IMG/VR virus record: IMGVR_UViG_3300000292_000047
Origin: a virus
Taxonomy: Duplodnaviria > Heunggongvirae > Uroviricota > Caudoviricetes
Length of the DNA: 48,335 bases
Direction: 5' to 3' (one strand)
In this document: one piece after another, positions 37,239-47,256 of the stretch
Position numbering within the stretch: the first letter of the stretch is position 1
Layout: the number at the start of each line of letters is the position of its first letter
Translations under genes and position numbers: made by a program
Notes under the pieces: generated by a model
What the model was told of the DNA's origin: nothing
What the model saw: only the letters and a program-made list of their open reading frames with translations
The model's database searches: none

Positions 37239-38327
37239 TTAATTTTTATCGCGGTTTTTAAATACTGACCCAATAACATTTTTTACTGCTTCAGCCTGTT
37301 TGTTGCCGTTGTTTTCTGGTTGATTAACATCAACTGAATCATTCACCTCACTTGCGTCTTCTTGCCGTTGATTAAGAAAGTTTTTGTTACGCGCTCGCTC
37401 TGCATTCATAATTTCCAAAGCAAGTTCAGCCGCAGAAACTCCTGTTTTGAATTTTGCATTCTTAACCAGGTCGTCATGACCAGGAATCACGCTATTCTCG
37501 ATTGTTTCAATGCGCTCGCGTTCTGATTTAACGCCCTCGTCTTTACCAGCATTAAAAACCTGATTGTATAATTCTGGATATTTATTTTTTAATTCATCAA
37601 GAGTCACAATATCGTCCTCATTTTGTTCATTTGATTCAGTAGATAACTCATTTTTATTTTGCGGCAACTTTGCGAGTGAATCAGGTAATTTTGAAAACCT
37701 TGATGCTTCAAAAGTTATTCCATTAAGCGAAAGCATCCCTTCCTTTATAGAAGCGGATAAGCGTATTGGTTTTTCAACTTCGTCAGCAAATCCAAGCTCT
37801 ACAGCCTCTTCTGCATTTAGCCATGTTTCCTGATCCATTAGTTCAATTAATTTATCCTCAGAAAGCCCTGTTTTCTCCTTATATGCAGATAAAATACTAT
37901 TGCGTATCTTATCCATCATCTCAGCAATATCACGCAATTCATCCGCATCGCCAGCAGCAAATATCCACGGATTATGGATCATCATCATAGCATTAGATGG
38001 GATAATAATTTTATCACCCGCCATTGCAATAATAGTTGCAGCCGATGCAGCAATCCCGTCGATATAAACCGTAATATTCGCCTTATGACGCTTTAATGAT
38101 GAAAGAATAGCTTGAGCAGTAAAAACAGAACCACCATAACTATTAATTTTTACGTTGATAGTATTTGATGAAATATCCTTTAATTTATTAACTATGTCAG
38201 AAGAAGAAACCTCATCAAATTCACCAATATACCCGTAAATTAAAAGTTCAGCCGGAGAGTCATCTTCACCCGTGCTATTTTTTATTTCCCACCAATTAGG
38301 CATCATCAGTCTCCATATTTTGTTCAT
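37239..38327 (-). CDS. Head maturation protease (ClpP/S49 fold) with C-terminal scaffold-like domain
   Basis: SYGGSVFTAQAILSSL..GIAASAATIIAMAGDKIIIPSNAMMMIHNP; acidic coiled-coil C-terminus. Confidence 0.8.
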   Translation of the reverse strand: MNKIWRLMMPNWWEIKNSTGEDDSPAELLIYGYIGEFDEVSSSDIVNKLKDISSNTINVKINSYGGSVFTAQAILSSLKRHKANITVYIDGIAASAATIIAMAGDKIIIPSNAMMMIHNPWIFAAGDADELRDIAEMMDKIRNSILSAYKEKTGLSEDKLIELMDQETWLNAEEAVELGFADEVEKPIRLSASIKEGMLSLNGITFEASRFSKLPDSLAKLPQNKNELSTESNEQNEDDIVTLDELKNKYPELYNQVFNAGKDEGVKSERERIETIENSVIPGHDDLVKNAKFKTGVSAAELALEIMNAERARNKNFLNQRQEDASEVNDSVDVNQPENNGNKQAEAVKNVIGSVFKNRDKN

Positions 38328-39870
38328 TTACCTCAGAAACAGGAGGTGTAATAAGCCCCAACTCACGGCGAGCATTCTCTTCTCTGCCACAGATTTGTGC
38401 GGTTTCTTCCCAGTTAAGACCTGACATTTCAGCCGCTTCTTTTTCACGGGTAGAGAATGTTTCCTCAACACGCAGTTTTGCAGCTTTGACTTCTTTAAGG
38501 GGATCTAATTGGCCTTGTGATGGGCCATACCATTGAGCGCCACTCCATGCAGCGCGATATTCAGGCCCATAAAAAAAACCAGGGGCAATAACACGACCTT
38601 TAGCAACGGCTTCGGCCAACCATTCCTCATAGATCGGTTGGCAAAATGACTGAACCATCCAGTCACGTCGCATACGGAACATTTTCCAGGCTTCAAGTAA
38701 TGCGGCCCTGCTTGCGCTATAACTTGCTGTAAAATGCTTTACCAAGAGTTCGTAAGGGAGTTCTAAAGCAGCCCCAATTTGACGGCATATGGCGACAACA
38801 AAACCATCAAATGCCGTATTTGGTCGCCCGGGATTTGCTGTATCTATCGACTCACCTTCACCCAAACTTACTATGGAGCCATTCCCCATTTCTTGGGTGT
38901 TATTATCATGGTTATCGATCTGCTCGTACTGAGGGATACCCGATTCACCGACTGGCCCATCAGGAGCGTCTGTTTTAATAAAGACAGTAAACATCCCTGA
39001 CACAACCGCAGCAACCAATTCAGCATCGGTGTATCGTCCTAACTGCTTCAATGCTTCAATTACAGGAGCAAGGACAGGAACGCCACGGCGTTGCCCAGGC
39101 CTTTCAAAATCCTGCATGACATGCAGAATATTTCTTCTTCCTGTTTTACTCCCATATGCGGGAATACGTTCCCACTTGCGGGTTACAAAACCAGAAGTCC
39201 CGGCTGGGTGATGTTTTGCAACCCAGTACGCCACAGGCTCGCTAAATTCACCAACCTCTACGCCACCGTAAAGATTTGGTATAAAACGATCCTCTGGATT
39301 GCAAACACGATCACCTTCAATTAAATAGACGCACAAATCATATATAACACCCTTACGCTTAATAACTGGTAGCGCAGCAAATATATCGCCAGATGTTAAC
39401 GCAGATATTTGGACCAATGATTGCAATTGTCCAAAAGTACACATTCTTGATGCATCACAATTTGGAGAATCAGCCCATAATCTAAACTCACGCTCAACAT
39501 GCTTTTCCCATGCTCGCGCTTCTTCCTGCGTCATCCCCAAGAAATCGGCATCAATGTTCGCATTTAGTTTTAAACCGGAACCAACAACGTTTGTCCTGAT
39601 AGTTTTTATTGCGCCAACAGATAGCGGGTTTCCCATGAAGAGATCACGAGAACGCTCACGCAATTTATCTATATTTTTAACAATATCATCATCAGGAGAA
39701 CCAGCTTTACTAAACCAACCCCTTAATGATTTTTTATGAGTGCTTGCACCATGACGTGAATATCCAAGGTTATTAATACCTTCAAGTGCTTCTAACCGTT
39801 TTCTTGCCAAAGCTCGATTTAATGCCCTCTGAGGTGAAAACGGCGCAATAACTCGATCAAGAATATTCAT
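38296..39870 (-). CDS. Portal protein
   Basis: 524 aa between gpW-like gene and protease. Confidence 0.8.
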   Translation of the reverse strand: MNILDRVIAPFSPQRALNRALARKRLEALEGINNLGYSRHGASTHKKSLRGWFSKAGSPDDDIVKNIDKLRERSRDLFMGNPLSVGAIKTIRTNVVGSGLKLNANIDADFLGMTQEEARAWEKHVEREFRLWADSPNCDASRMCTFGQLQSLVQISALTSGDIFAALPVIKRKGVIYDLCVYLIEGDRVCNPEDRFIPNLYGGVEVGEFSEPVAYWVAKHHPAGTSGFVTRKWERIPAYGSKTGRRNILHVMQDFERPGQRRGVPVLAPVIEALKQLGRYTDAELVAAVVSGMFTVFIKTDAPDGPVGESGIPQYEQIDNHDNNTQEMGNGSIVSLGEGESIDTANPGRPNTAFDGFVVAICRQIGAALELPYELLVKHFTASYSASRAALLEAWKMFRMRRDWMVQSFCQPIYEEWLAEAVAKGRVIAPGFFYGPEYRAAWSGAQWYGPSQGQLDPLKEVKAAKLRVEETFSTREKEAAEMSGLNWEETAQICGREENARRELGLITPPVSEVNEQNMETDDA

Positions 39871-40106
39871 AAATCTCTTATCACCACTCGTTTAATTCGT
39901 GGGCCTCGGCGTACACCTGCTGATAATCTTTCTACTTCATTACGCCAGTAATCCATCTCTTTTCTGACTTCTGATAAATCCGCACGAGTTAACTGCCGCG
40001 TACCAAATTTATATGACTGACCGCCAATAGCAATAGCGCGATATGCTTCCCGCCAGACAGATAACATCTCTCTGGCTTCAGTCAGAGAAAATGCTTCATT
40101 GTTCAT
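39867..40106 (-). CDS. Head-tail joining protein (lambda gpW-like)
   Basis: 79 aa between terminase large subunit and portal. Confidence 0.55.
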   Translation of the reverse strand: MNNEAFSLTEAREMLSVWREAYRAIAIGGQSYKFGTRQLTRADLSEVRKEMDYWRNEVERLSAGVRRGPRIKRVVIRDL

Positions 40107-40117
40107 TTATATTTCCT

Positions 40118-41974
40118 CTATATGGTTACGCCTTTACTTATAACTCTACGGCGTCTTCTACGTATACCTGACGAGTTCTGCACATACACATTACCTCGCA
40201 TTTCCTGTTCGGCAAGCCAGTTAAAATTAGGGTTCAGAATTTCCATCGCGGCAGTTGCATAGTTACGGCAATCAAGAGGCTCGTTACGCTCGTAGACTTT
40301 CACCCACTTTTCTTTTGTCTGCCCATTTTTATATTCAAATATTTTTTTCTCTGATAATAATCCTTTAAAGTATTCGGTATCATATCCTCTGTCAGAATCT
40401 AATGGGAAATGCATATAACCAGGACCAGGATCATGTAGTTTAATTCTTGCCATGATGGTCCCTTTACCATCATCAACCCCCAAATTAAACAACATAGCAC
40501 CCACACGGTTATTATTACTTGGCTTTCCTATAAATGGTAAACCTACCCCACCACGCCCCCTGATAGAGTATATTCGCCTTGATTCTCTCGGCTTAGTAAA
40601 GCGATATACCTCTGTCGTAAAATGCCCACCAGAGTCAATACAAACGGAAGAAATCTGTAATTTTCGACCGTCACGGAATGACCAGCTACGGAGTAAGTAT
40701 TCATCAAGTTGTTTCCAGACAACATCTTGTGCGGGATCACCTGGGAATATTTTATATTCTATCCCCCATGACTCCTTACCTTTTCCCCAACCGACCAATT
40801 CACAAACTAAATACGTGTCCTGTACGTCAACACCAGCACTTAACAATAAAACATCATCTGGTAAAAACTCTTCAAACCTTATTCTGCGTTGCAACAAGTA
40901 TTCAGGATCGATATCGTCTTTAGCATCCTCTTTCCATGGCTCACCCAGCTTAAGGTTAATAAACTCCATTAATCCATTTTTATCGCGGTTTCTGGTTGCT
41001 TCCGTAAATTCTTCAACCAGCTCTGACAATGCAACCCACGGGGAGTAAAGACTGTTAATATGAAAACCAACAATACCTTTAACTCCAGTATGTTCAGCTA
41101 TCCATACCCCCTTCGCCAACCAATCAACGTCTGGTTTACCAGATCCGCGCATAATCCCGCCGCACTCACAGCACTCATATCTGGCCGTTTCCGGTAACGC
41201 CTCACCTGAATCGCTCTTATCCCATCTGACTTGCGACCATTTCATCACCTGCATGGTGCCACAACATGGGCAAGGAACATGGTAGTAACGCTGATCGGAG
41301 AGCTTAAACCACTTGTGGATTTTGCTTGTTTCCTCCAAAACAGGAGTAGAAACAAAAACTTTCTTACGATTATGAAAGTTGGTAGTACGCTGAATACCTA
41401 GTTTTAGTGGGTCGCCCTCCTGCGTCACACCGTAACGATCAATCTCATCAGCTAACAGTATTCGAATTGGCCTGGATGCAAGACCTGCTGGGGAATTAGC
41501 ACCAACAAGTGCTATATATCCACCAGCGTAATGCTTCATACGTATAGTCGTGCTGGACTTTTTGGCTGCACCGCGCCCCTCTTTCCCTTCATGCAGCTTG
41601 TGTTTCAAACCAGGGGAATATTTGAACGTCGGATCAATACGCTCTTTTGAAAAAGCCTCAGCCGCCTCTACCGTTGGATAAATCATCAACTGAGGAGATG
41701 GCTCCTGATCTGCAAAGTAACCCATAACATTTAGCTGTAATTCGGATTTACCAATTTGCGAGCTACATTGCATCACTACTGTTTCTGTATCAGCGTCACC
41801 AATAACATCCATTGGTTCACGCAAATATGGCACTCGGCTTGTACGCCACGGCCCTGGCTCTGGAGACGTTCCCGGCGCTACATGACGATACTTATCAGCC
41901 CATTCGGAAACAGTTAGCCGTGATTTAGGGCGAAGCGCACGGAAAAAAGCGGTGCTCCATACTGTTTCGCCCAT
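40118..41974 (-). CDS. Terminase large subunit
   Basis: 618 aa; ATPase N-terminal region and nuclease C-terminal region; position. Confidence 0.85.
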   Translation of the reverse strand: MGETVWSTAFFRALRPKSRLTVSEWADKYRHVAPGTSPEPGPWRTSRVPYLREPMDVIGDADTETVVMQCSSQIGKSELQLNVMGYFADQEPSPQLMIYPTVEAAEAFSKERIDPTFKYSPGLKHKLHEGKEGRGAAKKSSTTIRMKHYAGGYIALVGANSPAGLASRPIRILLADEIDRYGVTQEGDPLKLGIQRTTNFHNRKKVFVSTPVLEETSKIHKWFKLSDQRYYHVPCPCCGTMQVMKWSQVRWDKSDSGEALPETARYECCECGGIMRGSGKPDVDWLAKGVWIAEHTGVKGIVGFHINSLYSPWVALSELVEEFTEATRNRDKNGLMEFINLKLGEPWKEDAKDDIDPEYLLQRRIRFEEFLPDDVLLLSAGVDVQDTYLVCELVGWGKGKESWGIEYKIFPGDPAQDVVWKQLDEYLLRSWSFRDGRKLQISSVCIDSGGHFTTEVYRFTKPRESRRIYSIRGRGGVGLPFIGKPSNNNRVGAMLFNLGVDDGKGTIMARIKLHDPGPGYMHFPLDSDRGYDTEYFKGLLSEKKIFEYKNGQTKEKWVKVYERNEPLDCRNYATAAMEILNPNFNWLAEQEMRGNVYVQNSSGIRRRRRRVISKGVTI

Positions 41975-41979
41975 GAGGT

Positions 41980-42531
41980 TTATTCTTCCTGCTTAATAAA
42001 TCGGGATTCCTGGAGCGCCTGAAGCGCAAAATTAATCTCGTCTTCAATAATGCGCTCGATCTCCCTGGCTGTTTTGCCTTCACAACGGGGAGCTGCTCTT
42101 GGAGCAATACTAAATAAGCGGCTACGCAATTCATTAGCTGCCAGAAATGCATCATCCCTGACCGCATCTTTAGCGATGAGAGAGCCTTCCTTTTCTTCAA
42201 ATTCAAGGCGTTTCAGCTTTGCCTGATAAATTTTTTCTGCGGTCTTAGCCTTGTTGAATTGCACCGCAACACCGGAAGTACCACCAGCTAATCCGGCATC
42301 ATCAGCGGGTAACTCTGGTTGTTCCGAAGATATCCCATGCCCTCTTTTTCCATTTTCAGCAGATACCTCACGACCAACCTGTCGGCTCGCTTCATAAGCC
42401 GCACTGGCTTTATCAAAATCCAGCTTGCCGCTTTTCAGCACTGGAATGCGACCGGAACGACAGAGCTTCGTAACCATTGCCGGAGAAATACCTTTCCGGC
42501 GGGCAAACTCTGACTTACTGACGATGGCCAT
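41980..42531 (-). CDS. Terminase small subunit (HTH)
   Basis: Track start TTG; ATG at 42529-42531; N-terminal HTH SKSEFARRKGISPAMVTKL. Confidence 0.55.
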   Translation of the reverse strand: MAIVSKSEFARRKGISPAMVTKLCRSGRIPVLKSGKLDFDKASAAYEASRQVGREVSAENGKRGHGISSEQPELPADDAGLAGGTSGVAVQFNKAKTAEKIYQAKLKRLEFEEKEGSLIAKDAVRDDAFLAANELRSRLFSIAPRAAPRCEGKTAREIERIIEDEINFALQALQESRFIKQEE

Positions 42532-43121
42532 TACTTGCAACCATTAGCAAGATACTGAACAAATCCCTCATGCGTTTCATGCGCGTCGTGGTACTGACGA
42601 TAAACATCCAGCAACAATGCAATTTCCATATCCGTCGCGGGAATACGTTCTTTATCAATAGCCAGGTACTTAATTTGAACAACAGGGGAAGAATTATCGT
42701 CTTCTTCCTGCGGCTGTTCATCGCTTAACATTTCGTCAAGCTCTGCATCATTAAACCCAAGCAGATCAATATCAAAATCATCATCCATTAACTCTTTGAC
42801 TTCTTCGGCCAGAAGCTGCATATCCCAGCCAGCATTTAAGGCCAGCTTGTTATCTGCAATCCTGTAAGCCTTCTTCTGTTTTTCAGAAAGGTTACTCAAC
42901 CGAATCGCCGGAACTTTATCCATTTCCAGAATTTCGGCTGCTGCAAGCCGACCATGCCCCGCAATCAGTTCATTCTTTTCATCGATCAGCACAGGATTAG
43001 TGAAACCGAACTCACGGATACTGTTCACCAACTGTTCAACTTGCTCATCTGAATGAGTCCGTGAATTTTTGGCATATCTGAGCAGCTTACCGACTGGTAA
43101 ATATTCGATTTTTAGAGTCAT
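42531..43121 (-). CDS. ParB-like nuclease domain protein
   Basis: 196 aa; ParB N-terminal fold motifs (LIAGHGRLAAA); paralog of 45788-46411. Confidence 0.7.
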   Translation of the reverse strand: MTLKIEYLPVGKLLRYAKNSRTHSDEQVEQLVNSIREFGFTNPVLIDEKNELIAGHGRLAAAEILEMDKVPAIRLSNLSEKQKKAYRIADNKLALNAGWDMQLLAEEVKELMDDDFDIDLLGFNDAELDEMLSDEQPQEEDDNSSPVVQIKYLAIDKERIPATDMEIALLLDVYRQYHDAHETHEGFVQYLANGCK

Positions 43122-43678
43122 TTTTTAACCACCATAACACAACAGGTTAAAGAAAACTGTTTAACTTATTGATACTAAAAGAGAAAAATGACGATCTTTT
43201 TACTCATAAAAAATCACACAAACCAGCATAATTATCTGATTTTATTAAGTTTTTATAAGTAAAAAGGATCTTGCGATGGTGTTTTGGTTAAAAGATTGGA
43301 TGTATTTGCATGATTTATAACGATTTTTATCAGAACAACATCACATTGGTTAAAGATCTGCGCGTATCTTGATGATCTAAAAGAAAATTTTCTACTTTCT
43401 TTTTACCAGCACAAATACAGCAAAAAATCACGTTTTCCCGATATTTTTCAATGAGATGAGTAAATTTCTTTTACCGCAACTTTTAACCTAACTTTTTTCA
43501 CGTTTAGCTAGCCGAACATCGGGGTTCGAATGACCCGCATCCAACGCTTTTGGCCAGAAGGACCCAATTCTGCCGGACGATGAAACGATGCTCGTGCTCA
43601 CCCACAGACAGCCAGCGAGCGACGCTACAGAACACAGTGAATACACCCTGCATAACAACACCATCAACCACACGATGA

Positions 43679-44398
43679 TTAACGAGAGAACGTCTTAGAA
43701 AGAATGTCATCAATAGCCTTTGTGACTTCATCAGCAAACGCATCCTCACCAGCACGTAGCGCCACGCCATGCCAATCAAGACGCTGCGAATAGTTAGGTT
43801 GCTGGATAAACGTAAGGATCAACGTAGGACGCCGCCCAACGCGCTGCCAGACGCCTGGTTGAAGCGGGTTACTTGTACCAGGTCGAACAACAAAAAACTC
43901 CGTAGGCTTGCCCTGACGGCGATTTTGATGCGCATCTCGCTGAACTCTTAGGCCAGATAAGACCTGCTGTAATTGCCCCCGCGAAATATTCCCGTATTTG
44001 TCCAGCTTTGCGCCGGGACCAGGAGCAAGCTGCCAGCCGTTAGGCAAATATCCACCAGCCCTTAGCGCCCCTTCTGAGCGTTTGTACTGTCGTTGGCCAC
44101 CTTCGATTTGCGGAGTCAACGTTACAGGGGCTGGCGTTCCTCCCCATTCACGAGCATACACAATGGCTGTAGGATCACTCTTCTTTGCGGCCAAAACGTA
44201 AGTAGAGTTCTGAATCCACGGCGTGGGCCTGTCAAATACCCGATTAATTTCATTCTTAATCGCAGCCTGAGAAGCCTTTGCCGTTCTGGTTGCCGCAAGC
44301 GCCATTGCGAATGGCAATTCACGTTCTTCAAGGCGCTGGAGTTGTCGTTGAATATCCTGAGAAGAAAAATCCATCTTTATCTCAATTCTGTCAGCCAC
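43679..44398 (-). CDS. Hypothetical protein
   Basis: 239 aa; GTG start with AGGAGG SD. Confidence 0.45.
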   Translation of the reverse strand: MADRIEIKMDFSSQDIQRQLQRLEERELPFAMALAATRTAKASQAAIKNEINRVFDRPTPWIQNSTYVLAAKKSDPTAIVYAREWGGTPAPVTLTPQIEGGQRQYKRSEGALRAGGYLPNGWQLAPGPGAKLDKYGNISRGQLQQVLSGLRVQRDAHQNRRQGKPTEFFVVRPGTSNPLQPGVWQRVGRRPTLILTFIQQPNYSQRLDWHGVALRAGEDAFADEVTKAIDDILSKTFSR

Positions 44399-44414
44399 CA
44401 GCGCCTCCTACACA

Positions 44415-45788
44415 CTACTTAATCAACGGCCGGAAAGCCGCCAGCACATCATCAGATCGTCCGATTGTTGAACCACCAGGCAACGGCAACTCAAACTCAA
44501 AACGAACAGCTTTCTCCAGACTCTCCCAGCGAAGAGAATCATCGTTAATAACGTGCAAATACCAGCTCTTACAGTTGAATATTGACCGCTTAATCCTGAA
44601 ACCATGTACACGACACAACTGCTTCACTTCATCATCAGAGTGAAACTTCTGGTAAAACCAGTGCCCCTTCCGGTACAACGCGGTAAAACCGTTATGATCA
44701 ATAAAATAAAGCCGGCTTTTGGAACTCGCCGCTTGTGTTTGCTTCAGGACTGTTTCCAGCTCTCCACGGCTACGACCAGAAAAGAATATTGACCCACCAG
44801 CTTTACACAGGCCTTTCAGAACCGTCAGAACAGACCATTCAGCCTCGACACTATCGACCGAGTTCAAAACGCTATCGCAAATCACGTAGTCGTAACGCCC
44901 TCGCGTTTTTAAGTCGTCCACCAGCGTATCAATCATCCGGTTTGTTGCGGTCCTATCCAGAGTGTTTCCAGCGCCCTTACGGCGGAAAAGCTCGAGATCA
45001 TGCAGGTTATATCCCTTTGCCCTGAGCATTCGCGCGTAGTCTCCCTGCCCCGAACCAAAATCAATTCCTCTTGGCGTCTTGGCAATGATCGGGAGGATCA
45101 ACGACTCATACAGGTTTGATTTCAGGCTGCCACCATTACGCAACCGCATAAGCTGCGCATACGTCTGGATGTATGTTGTTTTCTCCAGATGAGAATACTC
45201 AAATACACCATAAGTTTTATTCAGATAACTTTGGTATTTTTCCTTCTCAACATCAGGGATCACAAACACCGTTAGCGGTGTGCGCGTCATTTTCGCTGCT
45301 AATGCATACTGAGCACAGTGAATAACCTCACCAGACTGAGTAGCAACACAACCACCCCACGGACCATACTTGATAACCAGTTCCGCTATGTTCTTTCGAA
45401 CATATGCCATTTTCGCGCGCATATTGCCTGAGATCTGGCTTGCCGATACCTGAACAAAACCATGCTTATCTTCCAGACCGGACACCCTGCAACGCTCATC
45501 TCCGCTATCAAAATCCGTTCCGTTATGCAGTTGGTTAAACCGTACTTCGTCGTATACCGTCGTTTCACAGGGCAACACATACACCGCAGCACGCGTTATT
45601 CCCAACTTACGTAGCGCCTTCGTCCTTTGGTGTCCCGCCACCAGCAAATCGCCGCGCACTATCAATGGCTTCACAAGCCCCAGCTCCCTGACGCTTTCCG
45701 CCAGCCTCGCAAGATCATCCTCACCGATAAAACGCGGGTTATATTCCGCGCCGCGTAGGTGCGTTATGTCGTAATTCAGGTGAAGCAT
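44415..45788 (-). CDS. ParB-like domain fused to class I SAM-dependent methyltransferase
   Basis: N-terminal ParB-like region (LVAGHQRTKAL); C-terminal GIDFGSGQGDYA motif I; ATG 45786-45788 with GGAGG SD, TGATG coupling to upstream gene. Confidence 0.7.
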   Translation of the reverse strand: MLHLNYDITHLRGAEYNPRFIGEDDLARLAESVRELGLVKPLIVRGDLLVAGHQRTKALRKLGITRAAVYVLPCETTVYDEVRFNQLHNGTDFDSGDERCRVSGLEDKHGFVQVSASQISGNMRAKMAYVRKNIAELVIKYGPWGGCVATQSGEVIHCAQYALAAKMTRTPLTVFVIPDVEKEKYQSYLNKTYGVFEYSHLEKTTYIQTYAQLMRLRNGGSLKSNLYESLILPIIAKTPRGIDFGSGQGDYARMLRAKGYNLHDLELFRRKGAGNTLDRTATNRMIDTLVDDLKTRGRYDYVICDSVLNSVDSVEAEWSVLTVLKGLCKAGGSIFFSGRSRGELETVLKQTQAASSKSRLYFIDHNGFTALYRKGHWFYQKFHSDDEVKQLCRVHGFRIKRSIFNCKSWYLHVINDDSLRWESLEKAVRFEFELPLPGGSTIGRSDDVLAAFRPLIK

Positions 45789-46411
45789 CAGCACACCTCC
45801 CCAGCCAGCAATGCGGATACAAATCCGATATAGCTGCCATTATCATCAACATAACGAGACACCGCGCAGTCAAAACGATCCGCTTCCTCATCCGTTGCCG
45901 GGATTTTATGACCTCCAAATGACAGGTACTGAACTTTTACGCCTGATTTGGCCTCATCCTTCTCAAATGGGATATCCATACCCTCTGTGTCATCGTAGAC
46001 CGCCGCACTCAATAAGTTATCCAGTTCGCGCTGAGTAAAACCAATTGAGTCCAGAGCAAAATCATCGGCCGCAAGATCTGCAAGCTCCGCGCTTAACAAC
46101 TCTTCATCCCAACCAGCATTCAGCGGAATACGGTTGTCGGCCAGACGATATGCCTTCTTCTGATTCTCCGTTAGCCCAGCCAGAACAATGCAGGGAACAT
46201 CATCCATCCCCAACTGAGTGGCCGCAGCAATTCGACCATGACCAGCAATTACAACGTTGTTCTCGTCTATCAGGATCGGATTAGTCCATCCGTACTCCTG
46301 TATGCTGGCAACAATCTGATCTACCTGCTCCACGGAGTGTGTGCGAGCGTTCTTTTCATAACCAATCAACACAGAAAGTGGTAAAGAAACCACATTAAGA
46401 TGTTTTGTCAT
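45788..46411 (-). CDS. ParB-like nuclease domain protein
   Basis: 207 aa; VIAGHGRIAAA; shares C-terminal region with 42531-43121. Confidence 0.7.
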   Translation of the reverse strand: MTKHLNVVSLPLSVLIGYEKNARTHSVEQVDQIVASIQEYGWTNPILIDENNVVIAGHGRIAAATQLGMDDVPCIVLAGLTENQKKAYRLADNRIPLNAGWDEELLSAELADLAADDFALDSIGFTQRELDNLLSAAVYDDTEGMDIPFEKDEAKSGVKVQYLSFGGHKIPATDEEADRFDCAVSRYVDDNGSYIGFVSALLAGEVC

Positions 46412-46645
46412 GCCGTTTATCCGCTAAAATCCCCTCGCTTGTGCAAGCAAGTGGGCCTCGGTTTGTATCCACGGCACCCTGTGGGTATGAATGACTGTCG
46501 TCAGGTCGCAACTGACGGCGGTCGCCCACCTTCCAGTAATAAAAAAGCCACCAGCATTAACTCCACAGCGAGCTGGAGTTAATGAGGCAGCTTTGGTTTG
46601 CGCATTATCGCAGCCCCTGGTAAGCACAAGAGCTGCTGTAATGCG

Positions 46646-47056
46646 TTACGCAGGGATCAAACGGATGCGGCCGTTATTTACCTCAATACGAGAGTATTCC
46701 GGCTTACCATCAACGATTCCAGTAATGACAAGTTCGCCATCAGACGAGCATTCTTCTTTGTCGTCTTCAAGTACCGCGCCTTCTGGCAAATCAACACAGG
46801 CAAAAACAGGGCAGCCTGGATAACGATCATCTTCCATCGCAATCAACATCGATTCACCGAACCACTCTGTGGTAGCACGACCATCAGCCGCCTGATAGTG
46901 AATCAAATACTGGTTTTCGCCATTTGCATACTGAGCACGGGCTTGAACTTCTCCCCACTCTTCACTGATACGCATTGTTACCAGTTGGGATAATTCAAAC
47001 TTAAACGGAACAGACTCTGCACCAATGGCAATCGGTTTATCTTCTTTCTTTTCCAT
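46646..47056 (-). CDS. Hypothetical protein (internally duplicated domain?)
   Basis: 136 aa, ATG verified. Confidence 0.45.
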   Translation of the reverse strand: MEKKEDKPIAIGAESVPFKFELSQLVTMRISEEWGEVQARAQYANGENQYLIHYQAADGRATTEWFGESMLIAMEDDRYPGCPVFACVDLPEGAVLEDDKEECSSDGELVITGIVDGKPEYSRIEVNNGRIRLIPA

Positions 47057-47103
47057 AACATCACCTGAAAATAAAAGCCCCGCGACACGCGAGGCTGTAA
47101 GAG

Positions 47104-47256
47104 TTACTTTCGATAGAAATCAAGGCGCATTTGCTCCCGCTTAAGCCGAAAAGCTCTCTGCGCCACTAAGATGCGCCACAGGACACCAGCAATAACCACC
47201 AGCGAGATACAAAAACACACAGCCACAACCATCAGAAAAATGCCAAGACCATTCAT
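47104..47256 (-). CDS. Unannotated small membrane peptide (50 aa)
   Basis: Hand translation: MNGLGIFLMVVAVCFCISLVVIAGVLWRILVAQRAFRLKREQMRLDFYRK; ATGA overlap with stop of 47253-47465; below track size cut-off. Confidence 0.4.
   Translation of the reverse strand: MNGLGIFLMVVAVCFCISLVVIAGVLWRILVAQRAFRLKREQMRLDFYRK

Noticed and set aside
43504-43951. Possible tRNA-like ggttcgaat T-loop near 43525 and ORFs 43488-43673, 43504-43779, 43769-43951
   Set aside because: No acceptor stem or anticodon arm can be built; the ORFs lack SDs and overlap the 5' end of gene 43679-44398 or lie in the AT-rich spacer.
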